Source of the DNA: Caecitellus pseudoparvulus
Taxonomy: Eukaryota; Protista; Bigyra: Bicosoecida
Reading direction: 5' to 3'
Assembly (NCBI GenBank): GCA_965644315.1
Contig: CBFFRQ010000069.1
Coordinates: 434,001 to 498,000, forward strand
DNA length: 64,000 nt
In this document: piece by piece, positions 44,685 to 57,200 of the stretch
Layout of the letters: every line of letters starts with the position of its first letter
Numbering within the stretch: position 1 is the stretch's first letter
Notes under the pieces: generated by a model
Told to the model about the DNA's origin: nothing
The model's database searches: none
Seen by the model: the letters and a program-made list of their open reading frames with translations, nothing else
Made by a program: the position numbers and the translations under genes

Positions 44685-47600
44685 TCACTCGCTTGCCGGC
44701 TTGGCAGCGTCACCTTCCTCCGGAACTGACACAGAAATGCCGGCTTCGGGCGCGGAGGTGTCCATTTGCACTTCCCCAAAGCCTGCGACAGCAATGGAGA
44801 TGCCAGTCTCTTTCCTCCCACCAAAGGCACCCCCGCCCTTGCGCTGCCAAGGCTTGGCTCCCCGTGCAGCAGACTTCCCTCCTCCGGAACTGGCACTGCT
44901 CTGCTTCAGCAGCCCCGCTTCCTGGGCTGCTGTGAAGTCACTTTCTCGGCGCACCACGAGGGTGGTGCCATCCCGCAGGCCAAGGGGTGACAGCGTGATG
45001 CTGCCGTCCAGCTCCAACTCCAGCTCAGGCAGCCATTTCAGCTGTTTCGCCGTCTTCCAGGACAACGGCAGGCCATGTGCCGTGCTCTTGGCAAGGCTAA
45101 TGACAGAGTCTTCAGACTGCGGCGGACCTCCACCTTTTGTAGGGCTAGCCGGCTCACCTCCAGCGCCAGCACGCATGGGGAACCATTCTGTGCCCTTGTT
45201 GCGCACAAGCTGGCCCAGCTCCTGCACGGTGGTGCGTTTGGGGAGCACCGTTTCGACAGGGCGCGTCAGGGAGCCTTCCCCTGCCACAAGCGGCCGCCAC
45301 TGCCTCACGGTGATGATCATGTCGCCCGGCCCGACAGTCTCGGGAGCAGGCAGCACTTGGAACGCAACAGCTGCGCCATCCTCCAGCTTTCCACGCAGCG
45401 CCGATCGGAGAGACGTGCTGTCCCGGAACACTGCGCCAGCCTCCTTGCCCTTGCGCGCTCGGAGGCGGATGCGCGCTGGGGGCAGGATGGGCATTTTCTC
45501 AGGGGCCGCTCCGTCGCTCGCTTCCGCGGCGCGCTTCTCAGCCTTCTTCGCAGCAAGGACATCAGCGATCATGCGCTTGAAGGCGAGGACGCTCGTGTCT
45601 GCGGCGGCAGGGAGCTGCACAAGGAGCTTGAAGGCTGGCTTGGGGTCGGGGCGGAAGTGGTACACCTTGACGAGGGCTTGGTCTGGGCGCAGCGGCGCCC
45701 CGGGACACAAGTGCAGGGCGCTGCCGTTGATGAAGCCCAGGTCTTGCAAGGTGCGGTCCTCCTCCTTGAGCTGTGGGGCGCGCACATTGCGGCGCACGTG
45801 GAACGTGTCCGCTTCGATGCCCAGCTCCTCGGCAATGCGGGCTTTCACGTCTGCCAAGGTCTCTGACGTCTGGGCAGTGACACGGCCATCGTACTCGGGG
45901 GGGTTCGCGATGTCCTGCTCGGGATTCCAGGTGGACACGTCATCTGGGATGACAACAGCGTTGTAATTCAGCTCGATGCTGCTCGCTGTGGCTGTGAGGA
46001 GCGCGCACAGAACGCTGGGCAAGCGGGCGCCTGCCTCGTCACTCTGCACCTGCTCCATCACCACCACGTCACCCGGCCACACATCGTGGTCGCGGCGCAG
46101 CATGGATGCCGCTTCCTGCCCGCCGTCGGCGTTGCAGCCCAAGTCAGCGACGCCTTGGAACGCCCCCGCGGAGCCGGTGTTCACGTCCCCAGTCATGCGA
46201 ATGTGCAGCGCTCGCACTGGGCCCTGCACCGGCTGCAGGCCGGACTGCGGGTTGGCAGTGGCCACGGCATGGAAGAGGCCACCCACTGTGGCCTTTGAAT
46301 CGCCTGGTACCTTCAGCGGCACGGCAGCTGTGCGAATGGCTGACGCCAACGCATTGGACAGTGCCCAAGTGTCAACAGAGGCACCGCTGCCCAGTGGATC
46401 CCCTGCCAGCACAGCCTCGCGAGCAAGCGGGACATCAACGCCTGCTTCTTGCAGGGCTGACAGCGCTGCTGACAGTGGCAGCACTGACACCACCATTTCG
46501 TCTGGGTTGTACTCCTCCCACTCCTGCTCCGGCTCCCGTGCCTCCAAGACCAAGTGTGCCGACGGGGTCAAGTGCAGGCTTTGCAGGCTTTCATCCATGC
46601 GGCTGCCATAGGTGTCCAGGCAGCGGCCTGTGGCCGGCACAATGCGCCGGAAGCGCAGGCAGTCCTGCGGGATGGTCAGCGTGCCTGACGCCGCGGCACA
46701 GCGCAGGGCGTCAACGGCGCCGTCCGCCTCTTCCTCCCCTGCCTCGTCCCCACTCGCGGCAGCCGGTAGCGCAAAGGTCAGCACCTCTTGCTGCAGCCGC
46801 TGCAGCGTCCATTCCTGTGGCACGTCCAGGGAGCAGACCGGCTGCACGAAGCCAGACCAGTCCAAGGCTGCCGTGGCCGCATCCCTGGAGGCAGACGACG
46901 CCGTGCCTGGTCGCACGCCCGGCACTGCGCTGCCTGGGCGTGACCCTGTGCTGCCAGCTGTTCCTGGTCGATCGTGCGTGGCTGTTGGGTCCGGCCCAGC
47001 CGCATCGCTCGTGCCTCGGGCGTGCATGCGTCTCGCGTCGGCTGTGGCTGAGGGGGGGTACACGTGCACGGTTGTGAGTCGCCGGGAGATGCGGTGCAAC
47101 TCCGCGACTTCCGAGAAGTACTCGTTGTCACGCTGCACAGCCTCACAGAGGTCTGGTGGGGGGGCGTCATCCCCTGCCGCGTCATCGGCAGCCAGCCCGC
47201 TCAGCGCTGTCGCGTCTGCGCGCCTGTACAGCAGCATGTACGCGTTCTGCCGTGCGGCACTCGCGCGAGCCTTGGCGGCTTCCTGGCGCGACCCCGCATC
47301 GATGCCAATCGTAATGAGGCCGGTGCGGGCAGTAGGGCCGTCAGCTGACCCCTCTGCCTCGCCTGAGGCTTTTTCAGACAGGGTGGCAGGGTCAGGCACA
47401 GGGGCGGCAGGGGCGGGCACCTCGCCTGGCACGTCTTCTGCGAACATGGCTTGCACCTCCACCTCCGACAGCGGCTTGACGCCCGAGTCGTTGAACTCCA
47501 GCCAGCCCGTGGCTCCTTCAGGCACCTCTTCGCCGGCGGCGACGTACGGGTTGATGTAGGCGAAGTAGTGGCCACCCATGGCGGAGCCCAGGTGAATCAT

Positions 47601-48509
47601 GACACCATACAGCTCATAGCGCAGCTCTCCCGGAGCAGCGTCGGCGACGTGCATGGACAAGTCCAGCGTGCGCTCCAGGGTCAGCACGGTGTGCAGCTTC
47701 ACCCGGCGCATGATGCGGAAGTCGAAGGAAAACCGCTTCAAGTGCAGCAGCAGCACGGGGGGTGCCACCTGCAACTTGGCAGCCTTGGCCCCCCCTCGCA
47801 CGCCGCACTTGTCACATTCCCACGCGTCCCCTGCGCCCAGCACCTCCTCTGACAGAAACGCCGCTACGGCCCCTGACACGGGAGTGCCAGGTTCGGACGG
47901 AACGGGCAAGTCCAGGTCGATGAACGGCGTCGCATGGCAGCGCGCATTGTCACAGGCGAGGCACCGGATGCTGTCGCCGATGCGCCCTGACAGCAGCGCT
48001 GAAAAAGTGGGCAGTTTCTGAGCCTCGGGGGAGCTGGACAGGGCCAGGGAGCGGTCCAGCGCGTCAACCAGCACCAGCAGCATTTCCTGCACATCGTGCT
48101 GCTGGAACGACTGAGAGGACGTCCAGCCAAAGCTTCCAGTCAGGGCCTTGGTGCTGGTTGCTGGGCGCACGGACAACTGCAGCTCCGCGAACACCTTCTG
48201 CAGCTGCAAGGGAATGCTGCGTGCTGCGTCGCCGTGAGCCTCGGGAGAGAAACGCCACGCATACAGTCGCTGGCGGAAGGGGATAGTGTGGAAGAGGCCC
48301 TGCAGCAGGGAGTTCAAGTAGCACGTCGCGCCTTGGTTTCGAATGCCCACACGCCCCTCGGTCGAGCGTCCTTGGAACAAGTCCTGGCCCTCCTCTTTCA
48401 GCGCCTGCTGCAGCTTGGCCTTGCCCGCCCGGAATTTGGCGATCTCGGCAGCTGTGAGGGGGGCAGCCCCCTCACTTGTTCCAGCGCCAGGGCTGGGAGA
48501 TTCAGACAT
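44685..48509 (-). CDS. Ubiquitin-specific protease (USP47/USP40-like) with C-terminal ubiquitin-like domains
   Basis: Cys box GIRNQGATCYLNSLLQ, QQHDVQE, LHLKRF, His box YELYGVMIHLGSAMGGHYFAYI, WLEFNDS, NAYMLLYR. Confidence 0.93.
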   Translation of the reverse strand: MSESPSPGAGTSEGAAPLTAAEIAKFRAGKAKLQQALKEEGQDLFQGRSTEGRVGIRNQGATCYLNSLLQGLFHTIPFRQRLYAWRFSPEAHGDAARSIPLQLQKVFAELQLSVRPATSTKALTGSFGWTSSQSFQQHDVQEMLLVLVDALDRSLALSSSPEAQKLPTFSALLSGRIGDSIRCLACDNARCHATPFIDLDLPVPSEPGTPVSGAVAAFLSEEVLGAGDAWECDKCGVRGGAKAAKLQVAPPVLLLHLKRFSFDFRIMRRVKLHTVLTLERTLDLSMHVADAAPGELRYELYGVMIHLGSAMGGHYFAYINPYVAAGEEVPEGATGWLEFNDSGVKPLSEVEVQAMFAEDVPGEVPAPAAPVPDPATLSEKASGEAEGSADGPTARTGLITIGIDAGSRQEAAKARASAARQNAYMLLYRRADATALSGLAADDAAGDDAPPPDLCEAVQRDNEYFSEVAELHRISRRLTTVHVYPPSATADARRMHARGTSDAAGPDPTATHDRPGTAGSTGSRPGSAVPGVRPGTASSASRDAATAALDWSGFVQPVCSLDVPQEWTLQRLQQEVLTFALPAAASGDEAGEEEADGAVDALRCAAASGTLTIPQDCLRFRRIVPATGRCLDTYGSRMDESLQSLHLTPSAHLVLEAREPEQEWEEYNPDEMVVSVLPLSAALSALQEAGVDVPLAREAVLAGDPLGSGASVDTWALSNALASAIRTAAVPLKVPGDSKATVGGLFHAVATANPQSGLQPVQGPVRALHIRMTGDVNTGSAGAFQGVADLGCNADGGQEAASMLRRDHDVWPGDVVVMEQVQSDEAGARLPSVLCALLTATASSIELNYNAVVIPDDVSTWNPEQDIANPPEYDGRVTAQTSETLADVKARIAEELGIEADTFHVRRNVRAPQLKEEDRTLQDLGFINGSALHLCPGAPLRPDQALVKVYHFRPDPKPAFKLLVQLPAAADTSVLAFKRMIADVLAAKKAEKRAAEASDGAAPEKMPILPPARIRLRARKGKEAGAVFRDSTSLRSALRGKLEDGAAVAFQVLPAPETVGPGDMIITVRQWRPLVAGEGSLTRPVETVLPKRTTVQELGQLVRNKGTEWFPMRAGAGGEPASPTKGGGPPQSEDSVISLAKSTAHGLPLSWKTAKQLKWLPELELELDGSITLSPLGLRDGTTLVVRRESDFTAAQEAGLLKQSSASSGGGKSAARGAKPWQRKGGGAFGGRKETGISIAVAGFGEVQMDTSAPEAGISVSVPEEGDAAKPASE

Positions 48510-48885
48510 GGCCGTTTGCACCACACGCAGACGCGGGTCCTGAAGGCTTGAGAGGCGGCTGCCTGAGCGTTGCAGCACGCAGGTGGGGAAGGCGTGGTGG
48601 CTGCCGTTGAGGCACGAGGACCAGTCTCCTCCTGTGCTGCTGAGATGCTGCAGAGGGAGAGGTGAGAGGCAGGCACGCGGGGAGGTTTAGGGCACTACTA
48701 CGGTGTTTGGGACCGCGGCCATTGGCTCCCGGTTCGAAATTGTGCAGCTTGCGAGACTAGGTAAGCCAGCCGTTGCCAGCAAGCTGCAAGACCATGAACA
48801 CTTTCCAAACCTAGCGCTAACCAGATGCATGGCTCAGAGGGGCGGCAAGTGGAGCCTGGAAGTGCATCGCCTTGTCCCTGCAACC

Positions 48886-51315
48886 ATGTCGCGGCGTGCG
48901 GTGAGCTTTGCCACGCCCTCTGGCGCGAGCCGGGCGGGTGTGGATCAAGTTCCGCAGCCTCGCTTTGGCTCGGGCCTGCTGAGCCCCCCTGGCAAACAGT
49001 CAGCGAAACAGCTGCAGCAAGCTGATGCTGCCTATTCCAAGTTCATGCGGACCCCGAGCCTCTCGCGTGTGTGGGGCTTGTTGGGACTGGGCGTGGCCGC
49101 CATCGCGGGGGGCCACCTGGCATGGCGTCAGGCGAGGTGCGCTTTTTCCGCAGCTTGCTCCCTGCCACCACACGCGACAGGCACGACTTCCTACATTCAC
49201 AGCTTGCCTCAAATGGACACAGCCATCCGACCAGCACCCCGAGGGGGCTCCATATTCTATGCCTGCAGGGCTGGTGCGTGAACGGCGCGTTCTGCTGCGC
49301 GCAGGCTCAGCGCTCGAGCACGGGCTGGCCGCCTTCGCGCAGTTATTGTTTTGGGCTGGCTGGCGGTGGCCGCCGGGGTTGCCGTGTACTTGCGACGCCT
49401 GTACATGGCGCGGCAGATGGGCGACACGTCTCACCTGACACCTGCCCAGCGCCAGTTGCTGGGCCTGGACGCGGCACCAGTGAACCCAGCAGCTGCCGCG
49501 GCCAAAGCCAAAGCCGCAGCTAAGTCTGCCGCAGGGGCTGCGTCCAAGGCCAAGGCATCCAGAGCACGCAGTGCCGGCCGAGCAGAGGGCAAGTCTCCCG
49601 CAGCAGCTGGCTCTGGGCAGCAGTCACGCCGCTTCGAGCGGGTGGGCGGCCTGGAGGCGCTGTCCTCCCCCCGCACGCCAGGCACGCCGGGCCGTGGGGC
49701 CACGAGTCTGCATGCTCGCACGCCCCAGCACGGCACGCCACTGCACCTGGACACACTGAACGCCACGATCATCGCCCCGACCTCTGAGGGCCGCGTCCCG
49801 TCCCAGGCGCGGCGATTCGCCCTGTCCCCCCCGGGCCGTGTTGCGCCGCGCACGGGCAGGCCTGCGGGAGAGAGTGTATTCGACGCAGGGGTGGTGGAGG
49901 CACTGCTGGGACACCAGCGCCCCGGACAGCCCCGCACCGGCGGCACGTACCAAGTCGCGCAGCGGTCTGGACTGGACTACAGCGTTGGCGTGGCGGGGCG
50001 GGACCGCGTGCAGGCGGAGCTGGGCATCAGCCTGGCTGCCCTGGAGGGCCTGCAGCGCCCCCTCAAGACCTTCCTCGCCTGGCACATCCAGCGCGTGTTC
50101 CTGCCCACCCTGGACGCCAACGTGCGCTCCCTGCACACCGCCAGCGCCGAGCACAGCTCCAGCGGCACTCGCCACCGCCTGCCCCTGGACTTCCTGCGCC
50201 GATCCGACGCCCGGGCAGGGCGCGTGCGCCTGCCCTCCGGAGAGGCCAAGAGCCTGGGGGAGCTGCTGGACTACTACACACGCCGCGCGATGGGCCACAT
50301 GTACTTCTACGCCAAGCGGCACCTGAACGTGACATCCCTGGCGCGAGAAGGCGCGGACCTCTTCTCGGGGTGGGGCATGGATGGAGCAGCTGGCAATGGC
50401 GCCCTGCCCGAGGAAGCCACCCGCTTCTGGCTGGCGTCGGCCGACCCGGGCAAGTACCGCCGCCGAGCTCGCAGTGCGTCACGCAGCGGCGGCAGCCGGG
50501 CGGGGGGCGACGGCGGCAGCGTTGACTCGCAAACTGCACCCGGCTCTGTGGCGGTGAATGTGCACTTGTGGTACGAAAGAGCACGCCTGGAAGGCTTCCT
50601 GGACTTGGCGGGGCGCTACGCAGGCACCAGTCAGAGCGACGAGGCAGTGAAGCGGTACGTGCTCCGCAGGCTGGAGCACCTCGCAGCTGACGGGGAGCTG
50701 GGTGCCTTCAAGGGCGGCGGCGAGGCGGCCACGTCGGGGCACACGGGGGCTGCCGCCCACACCGCCTCCTCCATGCCCTCTGACTCCCAGATCATCCTCG
50801 CGTACTTCATCTCCATGATGGACTCCTTGCTGACTCGGTTCTACCCCGGCGAGGTGGGTGACAGCGCCGTCGGCATGCGCCGGGTGCTGGAGCTGGACTC
50901 GACCAATGCGTCCCACCAGCGACGCTTCTCCAGGCGCCACGTCTGCTCGGTGCGCACTGTGCCTGAAGGAGCCACGTCTGGGCACCACCCTGTCCTGCAC
51001 GTCGTCTCGGGACTGGCGGCCCGAGAGGTGCACTGCCGTCTTGTCCTCAACGACGTCTCATACGACTGCAGCATGGAGTCCTCTGCAGATTCCCACGCCC
51101 GAGTCGTGGGGGAGCCAGACGCATCGCTGTGGCGCACGCTGTGCCTCCTCCTCACCCTCATGCACCGCGTGCCCGAAGTCATGGCGCACTTCGCGCCGCC
51201 CCACGACCCGGCCGGCCACGCCATTCGCAAGGTGCTCCTGGACCCCATCTTTGACAACGCCACTGAACAAGGCGCAGAGGACAAGCTGTACTCCTACTTT
51301 TCGCGCCTGTCGTGA
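48886..51315 (+). CDS. TMEM209-like nuclear envelope protein (intron about 49137-49268)
   Basis: Two N-terminal TM segments, LTPAQRQLLGL, YVLRRLEHLAADG..GAF.GGG and PSDSQIILAYF resemble TMEM209 motifs. Confidence 0.7.
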
Positions 51316-51566
51316 GAGTCACGCTGGGCAAGTGCACGGGCTGTAATCGTGTGGTGCGCGGTACGGTCTGAACAGCGGCTCAGAAATGCAGAGTTCCTTG
51401 GATCTCCTTGTGCATTCCCACTCTCGACTGCGCAGCTGTAGCGCGGATCTTGGGCACCTGCTCAGCGAATTGTGTACGTGTGACCTGTGCTCCAGGGCAA
51501 GGTCTTTCCAGGTCACTCCCCGATCATTTTGCTCCCCAACCTTGGGGTAGCAAGACGAGAACAATG

Positions 51567-54247
51567 TCAAATGTGGTCATGCAAGTCATCAAATTTTGTC
51601 GCTTGCTGTCGGACACTGTCAGCAATCCTACGATCACCACTTAAGACCAGAAGCTCCCGCACCACATTCACATGTCCATTCTGACACGCAAGGCGAAAGC
51701 CATACTCAGGTCTGCCCTCAGGGCCAGCATGTACGTCCACTGCTCGATCACCTGTCAGGGCCAGCAGCTCACGCACCACATCCACGTGGCCGTTCTCACA
51801 GGCGAGCCGGAAGCCAGACTCAGGTTTGCCTGCAGGACCAGCGTGCACATTCACCTCACGGTGCCCCTCCAGCGCCAGCAGCTCCCGCACAACGTCCACG
51901 TGGCCGTTCTCACAGGCGAGCCGGAAGCCAGACTCAGGTTTGCCTGCAGGACCAGCGTGCACATTCACCTCACGGTGCCCCTCCAGCGCCAGCAGCTCCC
52001 GCACAACGTCCACGTGGCCGTTCTCACAGGCGAGCCGGAAGCCAGACTCAGGTTTGCCTGCAGGACCAGCGTGCACATTCACCTCACGGTGCCCCTCCAG
52101 CGCCAGCAGCTCCCGCACAACGTCCACGTGGCCGTTCTCACAGGCGAGCTGGAAGCCAGACTCAGGTTTGCCTGCAGGACCAGCGTGCACATTCACCTCA
52201 CGGTGCCCCTCCAGCGCCAGCAGCTCCCGCACAACGTCCACGTGGCCGTTCTCACAGGCGAGCTGGAAGCCAGACTCAGGTTTGCCTGCAGGACCAGCGT
52301 GCACATTCACCTCACGGTGCCCCTCCAGCGCCAGCAGCTCCCGCACAACGTCCACGTGGCCGTTCTGACAAGCAAGGCGAAAGCCATACTCAGGCACACC
52401 ACTGAAACCAGCATGCACATCAATTTCGCGGGCACTTGTCAACGCCAGCAGCTCACGCACTACATCCAAGCGCCCATTCTGGCAGGCGATTTGGAACCCA
52501 AACTCACGATCGCCCTTGAAGCCTGCATGCACGTCTACCTCACGATGCCCGGTCAGCGACAGCAGCTCCCGCACCACATCAATGTGCCCATTCTGGCAAG
52601 CAAAGCGGAGGCCAGCCTCAGGCACACCACCAAAGCCTGTATGCACATCCACCTCACGATATCCGGTCAATTTCAGCAGCTCCCGCACCACGTCAATGTG
52701 CCCATTTTGGCAAGCGAGTCGGAAGCCAGCCTCTCCAACTCCACCAAAGCTTGCATGCACATTCACTTCACGAGCAACAGGTAGCGCTAGCAGCTCCCGC
52801 ACCACAGGCAGGTGCCCATTCGCACATGCAAGGCGGAAGGCAGCCTCAGGTTCGCCTCTAGCCCCAGCATGTACGTCTACCTTACGATGCCCGCTCAGCG
52901 CCAGCAAGTGATGTACCACATTAACGTGCCCATTCTGACAGGCAGCCCGGAAGCCAGCCTCGGGCACGCCGTCCACACCAGCATGCACATCCACGGCTCG
53001 ATCACCCGTCAGCGCCAGCAGCTCTCGCACCACGTCTAGATGACCATTCTGGCAGGCGATCCGGAAGCCATACTCAGGAAAGCCTGCACACCCAGCATGT
53101 ACATCCACAGCACGGTCACCCGCCAGCGCCAGCAGCTCTCGCACCACATCCACATGCCCATTCTGGCAGGCGATCCGGAAGCCATACTCAGGAAAGCCTG
53201 CACGCCCAGCATGTACATCCACAGCACGGTCACCCGCCAGCGCCAGCAACTCCCGCACCACATCAATGTGCCCGTTCTCACAGGCGAGCCAAAAGCCAAG
53301 CTCAGGACTGCCTGGAGCTCGTGCATGAACATCCACTGCTCTTGCACCCGTCAACGCTAGCAGCTCGCGAACCACATCAATGTGCCCGTTCTCACAGGCA
53401 AGCTGAAACCCAAATTCAGCAACACCACCAAAGCCTGCATGCACATCCACCTCACGTTCACCTGTCAGCGCCAGCAGCTCTCGCACTACATCCAGATGTC
53501 CATTCTGACAAGCGAGTCGGAAGCCTGCCTCAGGTACGCCCTTAGAGCTTGAATGGACGTCCACTTCACGATGCCCGCTCAGTGCCAGCAGCTCTCGCAC
53601 TACATCCACGTGCCCATTCTCACAAGCGAGCCGGAAGCCAGACTCAGGGTTGCCTTCTGGCCCAGCATGCACATTCACCTCACGATGCCCCTCAAGAGCC
53701 AAAAGTTCTTGCACCACACCCAAATGTCCATTCTGACAAGCAAGTCGGAAGCCAGCCTCAGGAACACCACCAATGCCTGTGTGAATATCTACCTCACGAT
53801 CGCCGGTCAACTTCAGCAGCTCGTGCACCACATCCGCATGCCCATACTGACAAGCAAGGCGAAAACCGAGCTCGGGATTACCTCGCGACCCCGCATGCAC
53901 ATTCACTTTCCGCGCTCCAGTGAGGGCCAGCAGCTCCCGCACCACATCCAAGTGCCCATTCTGACAAGCAAGGCGGAAGCCATACTCAGGGTTGCCCTCA
54001 GGCCCCACATGCAAATCCACCTTGCGATGCCCGCCCAGAGCCAGCAGCTCCCGCACCACATCCAAGTGTCCATTCGCACAGGCAGCTCGGAAGCCATACT
54101 CTGGGACACCCTTAAAGCCTGCATGCACATTCACCTCACGATGCCCCTCCAGCGCCAGCAGCTCACGCACCACTTCAATGTGCCCGTTCTGACAAGCGAG
54201 TCGGAAGCCAAACTCAGGGTTGCCTTCTGGCCCCACTTGCACATTCG
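51567..54247 (-). CDS. Ankyrin-repeat array, about 23 units of 38 aa; no ATG at its 5' edge, probably the 3' exon of the 57471-59451 gene
   Basis: Repeated GFRLACxNGHxDVVRELLALxGxRxVxVHAG; 114-bp period; the ORF begins mid-repeat at the edge of an inverted repeat. Confidence 0.9.
51782..52365. repeat. Five near-identical 114-bp ankyrin units
   Basis: CCACGTGGCCGTTCTCACAGGCGAGC...CCGCACAACGT repeats with 114-bp period and very few differences. Confidence 0.95.
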
Positions 54248-57200
54248 CTGTCTACCGTTAGGTTCAGGGGGTGTGGGGGAAGGGGGCCGCTCACGCAAGA
54301 AGTCCAACTAAGCCCCTAGAAGGCCCGTGGCAACGCAATCGCACCCACTACCTGCGTACATATGCAACATGGTAGTTGCACGTGTTTTGCAGAGCGTGCA
54401 GTGCATATTCCAGGTGCAGGGCGCACTAACCAGTCCGGAAATTGAAATTCCACGAGTTTTCAATCTCACGCACCAGGACACGCGCGCACCTTCCGAGGTG
54501 CCCCACACAAGGACCTACAAAGTGCACATACAATGCAATGGTGCGTGCAGGGCGGGGCGCGTGCGCTGCGTGGCAGGGCGTGCGCACACTTGTTTTCGGT
54601 GCCAAACTGTGCCCCTTCCACGCGCAAGTCCACAGGGCAGGGCTGTGGACCAACGGCATTGTAAATGCTATGCGCCTGGCCTATGGACACAATACTACAT
54701 GCTCAGCCTACTGCCTGCTGCGCAGCGGCCAGTTCTGTGCCGTTGGCCTGTGCAGGTTTTGCTGCATAGGCGTGTTGGCTGGGCGCTGTCCTCGGCAGGC
54801 CTGTGCCAGGCCACCTGAGCACCCTGGCGCACTGGCACAGTGTGTCAGGGCATTGGTACGGCATATGGCAGGGAAGTTTGCTCTGCTTGGCGCAGAATCG
54901 CTTGCCGTGGCTCAGGGAAGTGCCGCAGTGCTGAGCCTTGCGCTGGTCTGGTGCATGGCTGGCGTCTCGCACGGCAGCTCCGTGCTTGTGTAAGCAGGAG
55001 AGCTCCAATGGCTCGTGCCACAGAGCCATATGCAAGTCGGGTGCCTGCCCCAGTGCCAAGGCGAAGGGATTTGTGGTGCAGGGAGTGCTGACCGGTCCAG
55101 GGCGAGGCCTTGCTGGACAAGCAAGTGCTTGCTCGGCAGCGGGAGGCCGCCCAGCTGAGGCTACCTGCTGGGCCGCAGACACATCCAGTACATGTGCCTG
55201 GACTGTACTCATTGCAGAGCGTGCAGTTGTCCGAGTTGCCGCCGCCGGTCTCGCCGCGCGCGCGCTGCGCAAGCAGCAGCGCGCGGCGGCAGAGGCCGGC
55301 GGCAGTGCACTTGCTCCAGAACAGCAGCCCAGCCGTCGTAGAACATGCATTGTGGTTCATGCTGGGCCTAGGCATGTGCAGAGGGCGTGCATCGGCTGCT
55401 CATGCCTCCAGCAAGAGCACCAGGGTGCCCGTATCCGCAGCTGGCCGAAGCCAACGAAGTTGGAACGAGCCACACCAAAGCCATGTGCAGCAGGTACACA
55501 CAGCTGCCTCGCCACACTGCTGCACTGTGCCACACCTGTACCCTCCTGCGTGCGCGGGCGCCTGCTGGCACCGCCGTCCCCGATCTCCACCGACTCTCCG
55601 ACCCGGCCTTGCACCTCACACACACGGGCGTCGGTCTGAGCACTAATGCCGTTGGTGCAGCATGACACAGGGCTAAGCTGCTACACCCTGTGCACAGGTA
55701 CTGTTGCATGGGCCAGGCAGTGCACACGTGACAGAATGTCCGGGTGTGGGCCTGCCTACGGCGTGCTTGGCGCAGCGGCTCTCCGGGCCATGGCCGAGTC
55801 ATTGTGGGTGCCGTGCCCAGCATGATCGCTGTGGCGGTCCCAGGGCCCCATGCCTGCAGTTGGCAGCTTTCGTGCATGTCCGGTGTGCCATGTGGCGGTC
55901 GCAGCTGCTGAGGCCACTCGTGTAGGGCTTGGCGCTTGTGGCCGCACCACTCGCACTGGGTGTCGCGCCTTCCACTGCGCGCGACCACGGTAGTGCCGAG
56001 GCAGGCGCGCCTCAGGCAAGACGTGCACGATGCTTCAGCACATGGGAAGGGCAGTGCATGTCGTGCATGGGCCTGTGGTGGCTGAGGCACTGCGCGGAGG
56101 GCTGGTGTGGTGCTTGCTGTGGAAGGTTCCATTGATGTCCGCTGGCCTGGGCGGGCACATCAGCGATGTCCGTTGCCGCAGCGCCCAGTGCGGCACAGAG
56201 AGCGTGAATGCGAAGTCCCTGTGTGGAGCACTGGCAATGCATTGCAGATGGGCGTCCACAGGTCGCCTTGGCTGGAAGTCCATGTGGGGCAGGTTGGCCG
56301 GTCGGAGGCCCAAGGCCGCTGCCAGGGCACAGTGCAGGGCATGGGCCCAGCATGATCGCTGTGGCGGTCCCAGGGCCCCATGCCTGCAGTTGGCAGCTTT
56401 CGTGCATGTCCGGTGTGCCACGTGGCGGTCGCAGCTGCTGAGGCCACTCGTGTAGGGCTTGGCGCTTGTGGCCGCATCACTCGCACTGGGTGTCGCGCCT
56501 TCCACTGCGCGCGACCACGGTAGTGCCGAGGCAGGCGCGCCTCAGGCAAGACGTGCACGACGCTTCAGCACATGGGAAGGGCAGTGCATGTCGTGCATGG
56601 GCCTGTGGTGGCTGAGGCACTGCGCGGAGGGCTGGTGTGGTGCTTGCAGTGGAAGGTTCCATTGATGTCCGCTGGCCTGGACGGGCACATCAGCGATGTC
56701 CGTTGCCGCAGCGCCCAGTGCGGCACAGAGAGCGTGAATGCGAAGTCCCTGTGTGGAGCACTGGCAATGCATTGCAGATGGGCGTCCACAGGTCGCCTTG
56801 GCTGGAAGTCCATGTGGGGCAGGTTGGCCGGTCGGAGGCCCAAGGCCGCTGCCAGGGCACAGTGCAGGGCATGGGCCCAGCATGATCGCTGTGGCGGTCC
56901 CAGGGCCCCATGCCTGCAGTTGGCAGCTTTCGTGCATGTCCGGTGTGCCATGTGGCGGTCGCGGCTGCTGAGGCCACTCGTGTAGGGCTTGGCGCTTGTG
57001 GCCGCACCACTCGCACTGGGTGTCGCGCCTTCCACTGCGCGCGACCACGGTAGTGCCGAGGCAGGCGCGCCTCAGGCAAGACGTGCACGACGCTTCAGCA
57101 CATGGGAAGGGCAGTGCATGTCGTGCATGGGCCTGTGGTGGCTGAGGCACTGCGCGGAGGGCTGGTGTGGTGCTTGCTGTGGAAGGTTCCATTGATGTCC

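Noticed and set aside
44602-45966. Long antisense and alternative-frame ORFs (e.g. 44602-45966 +, 6097-7650 -, 20625-22067 +, 58426-59589 +)
   Set aside because: Shadow ORFs of real genes caused by high GC; no domain motifs
48686-48692. Telomere-like TTTAGGG
   Set aside because: Single copy, expected by chance
54259-55814. Transposase or other gene within the TIR element
   Set aside because: Only short Cys/Ala/Arg-rich ORFs with no DDE, HUH, tyrosine recombinase or RT motifs
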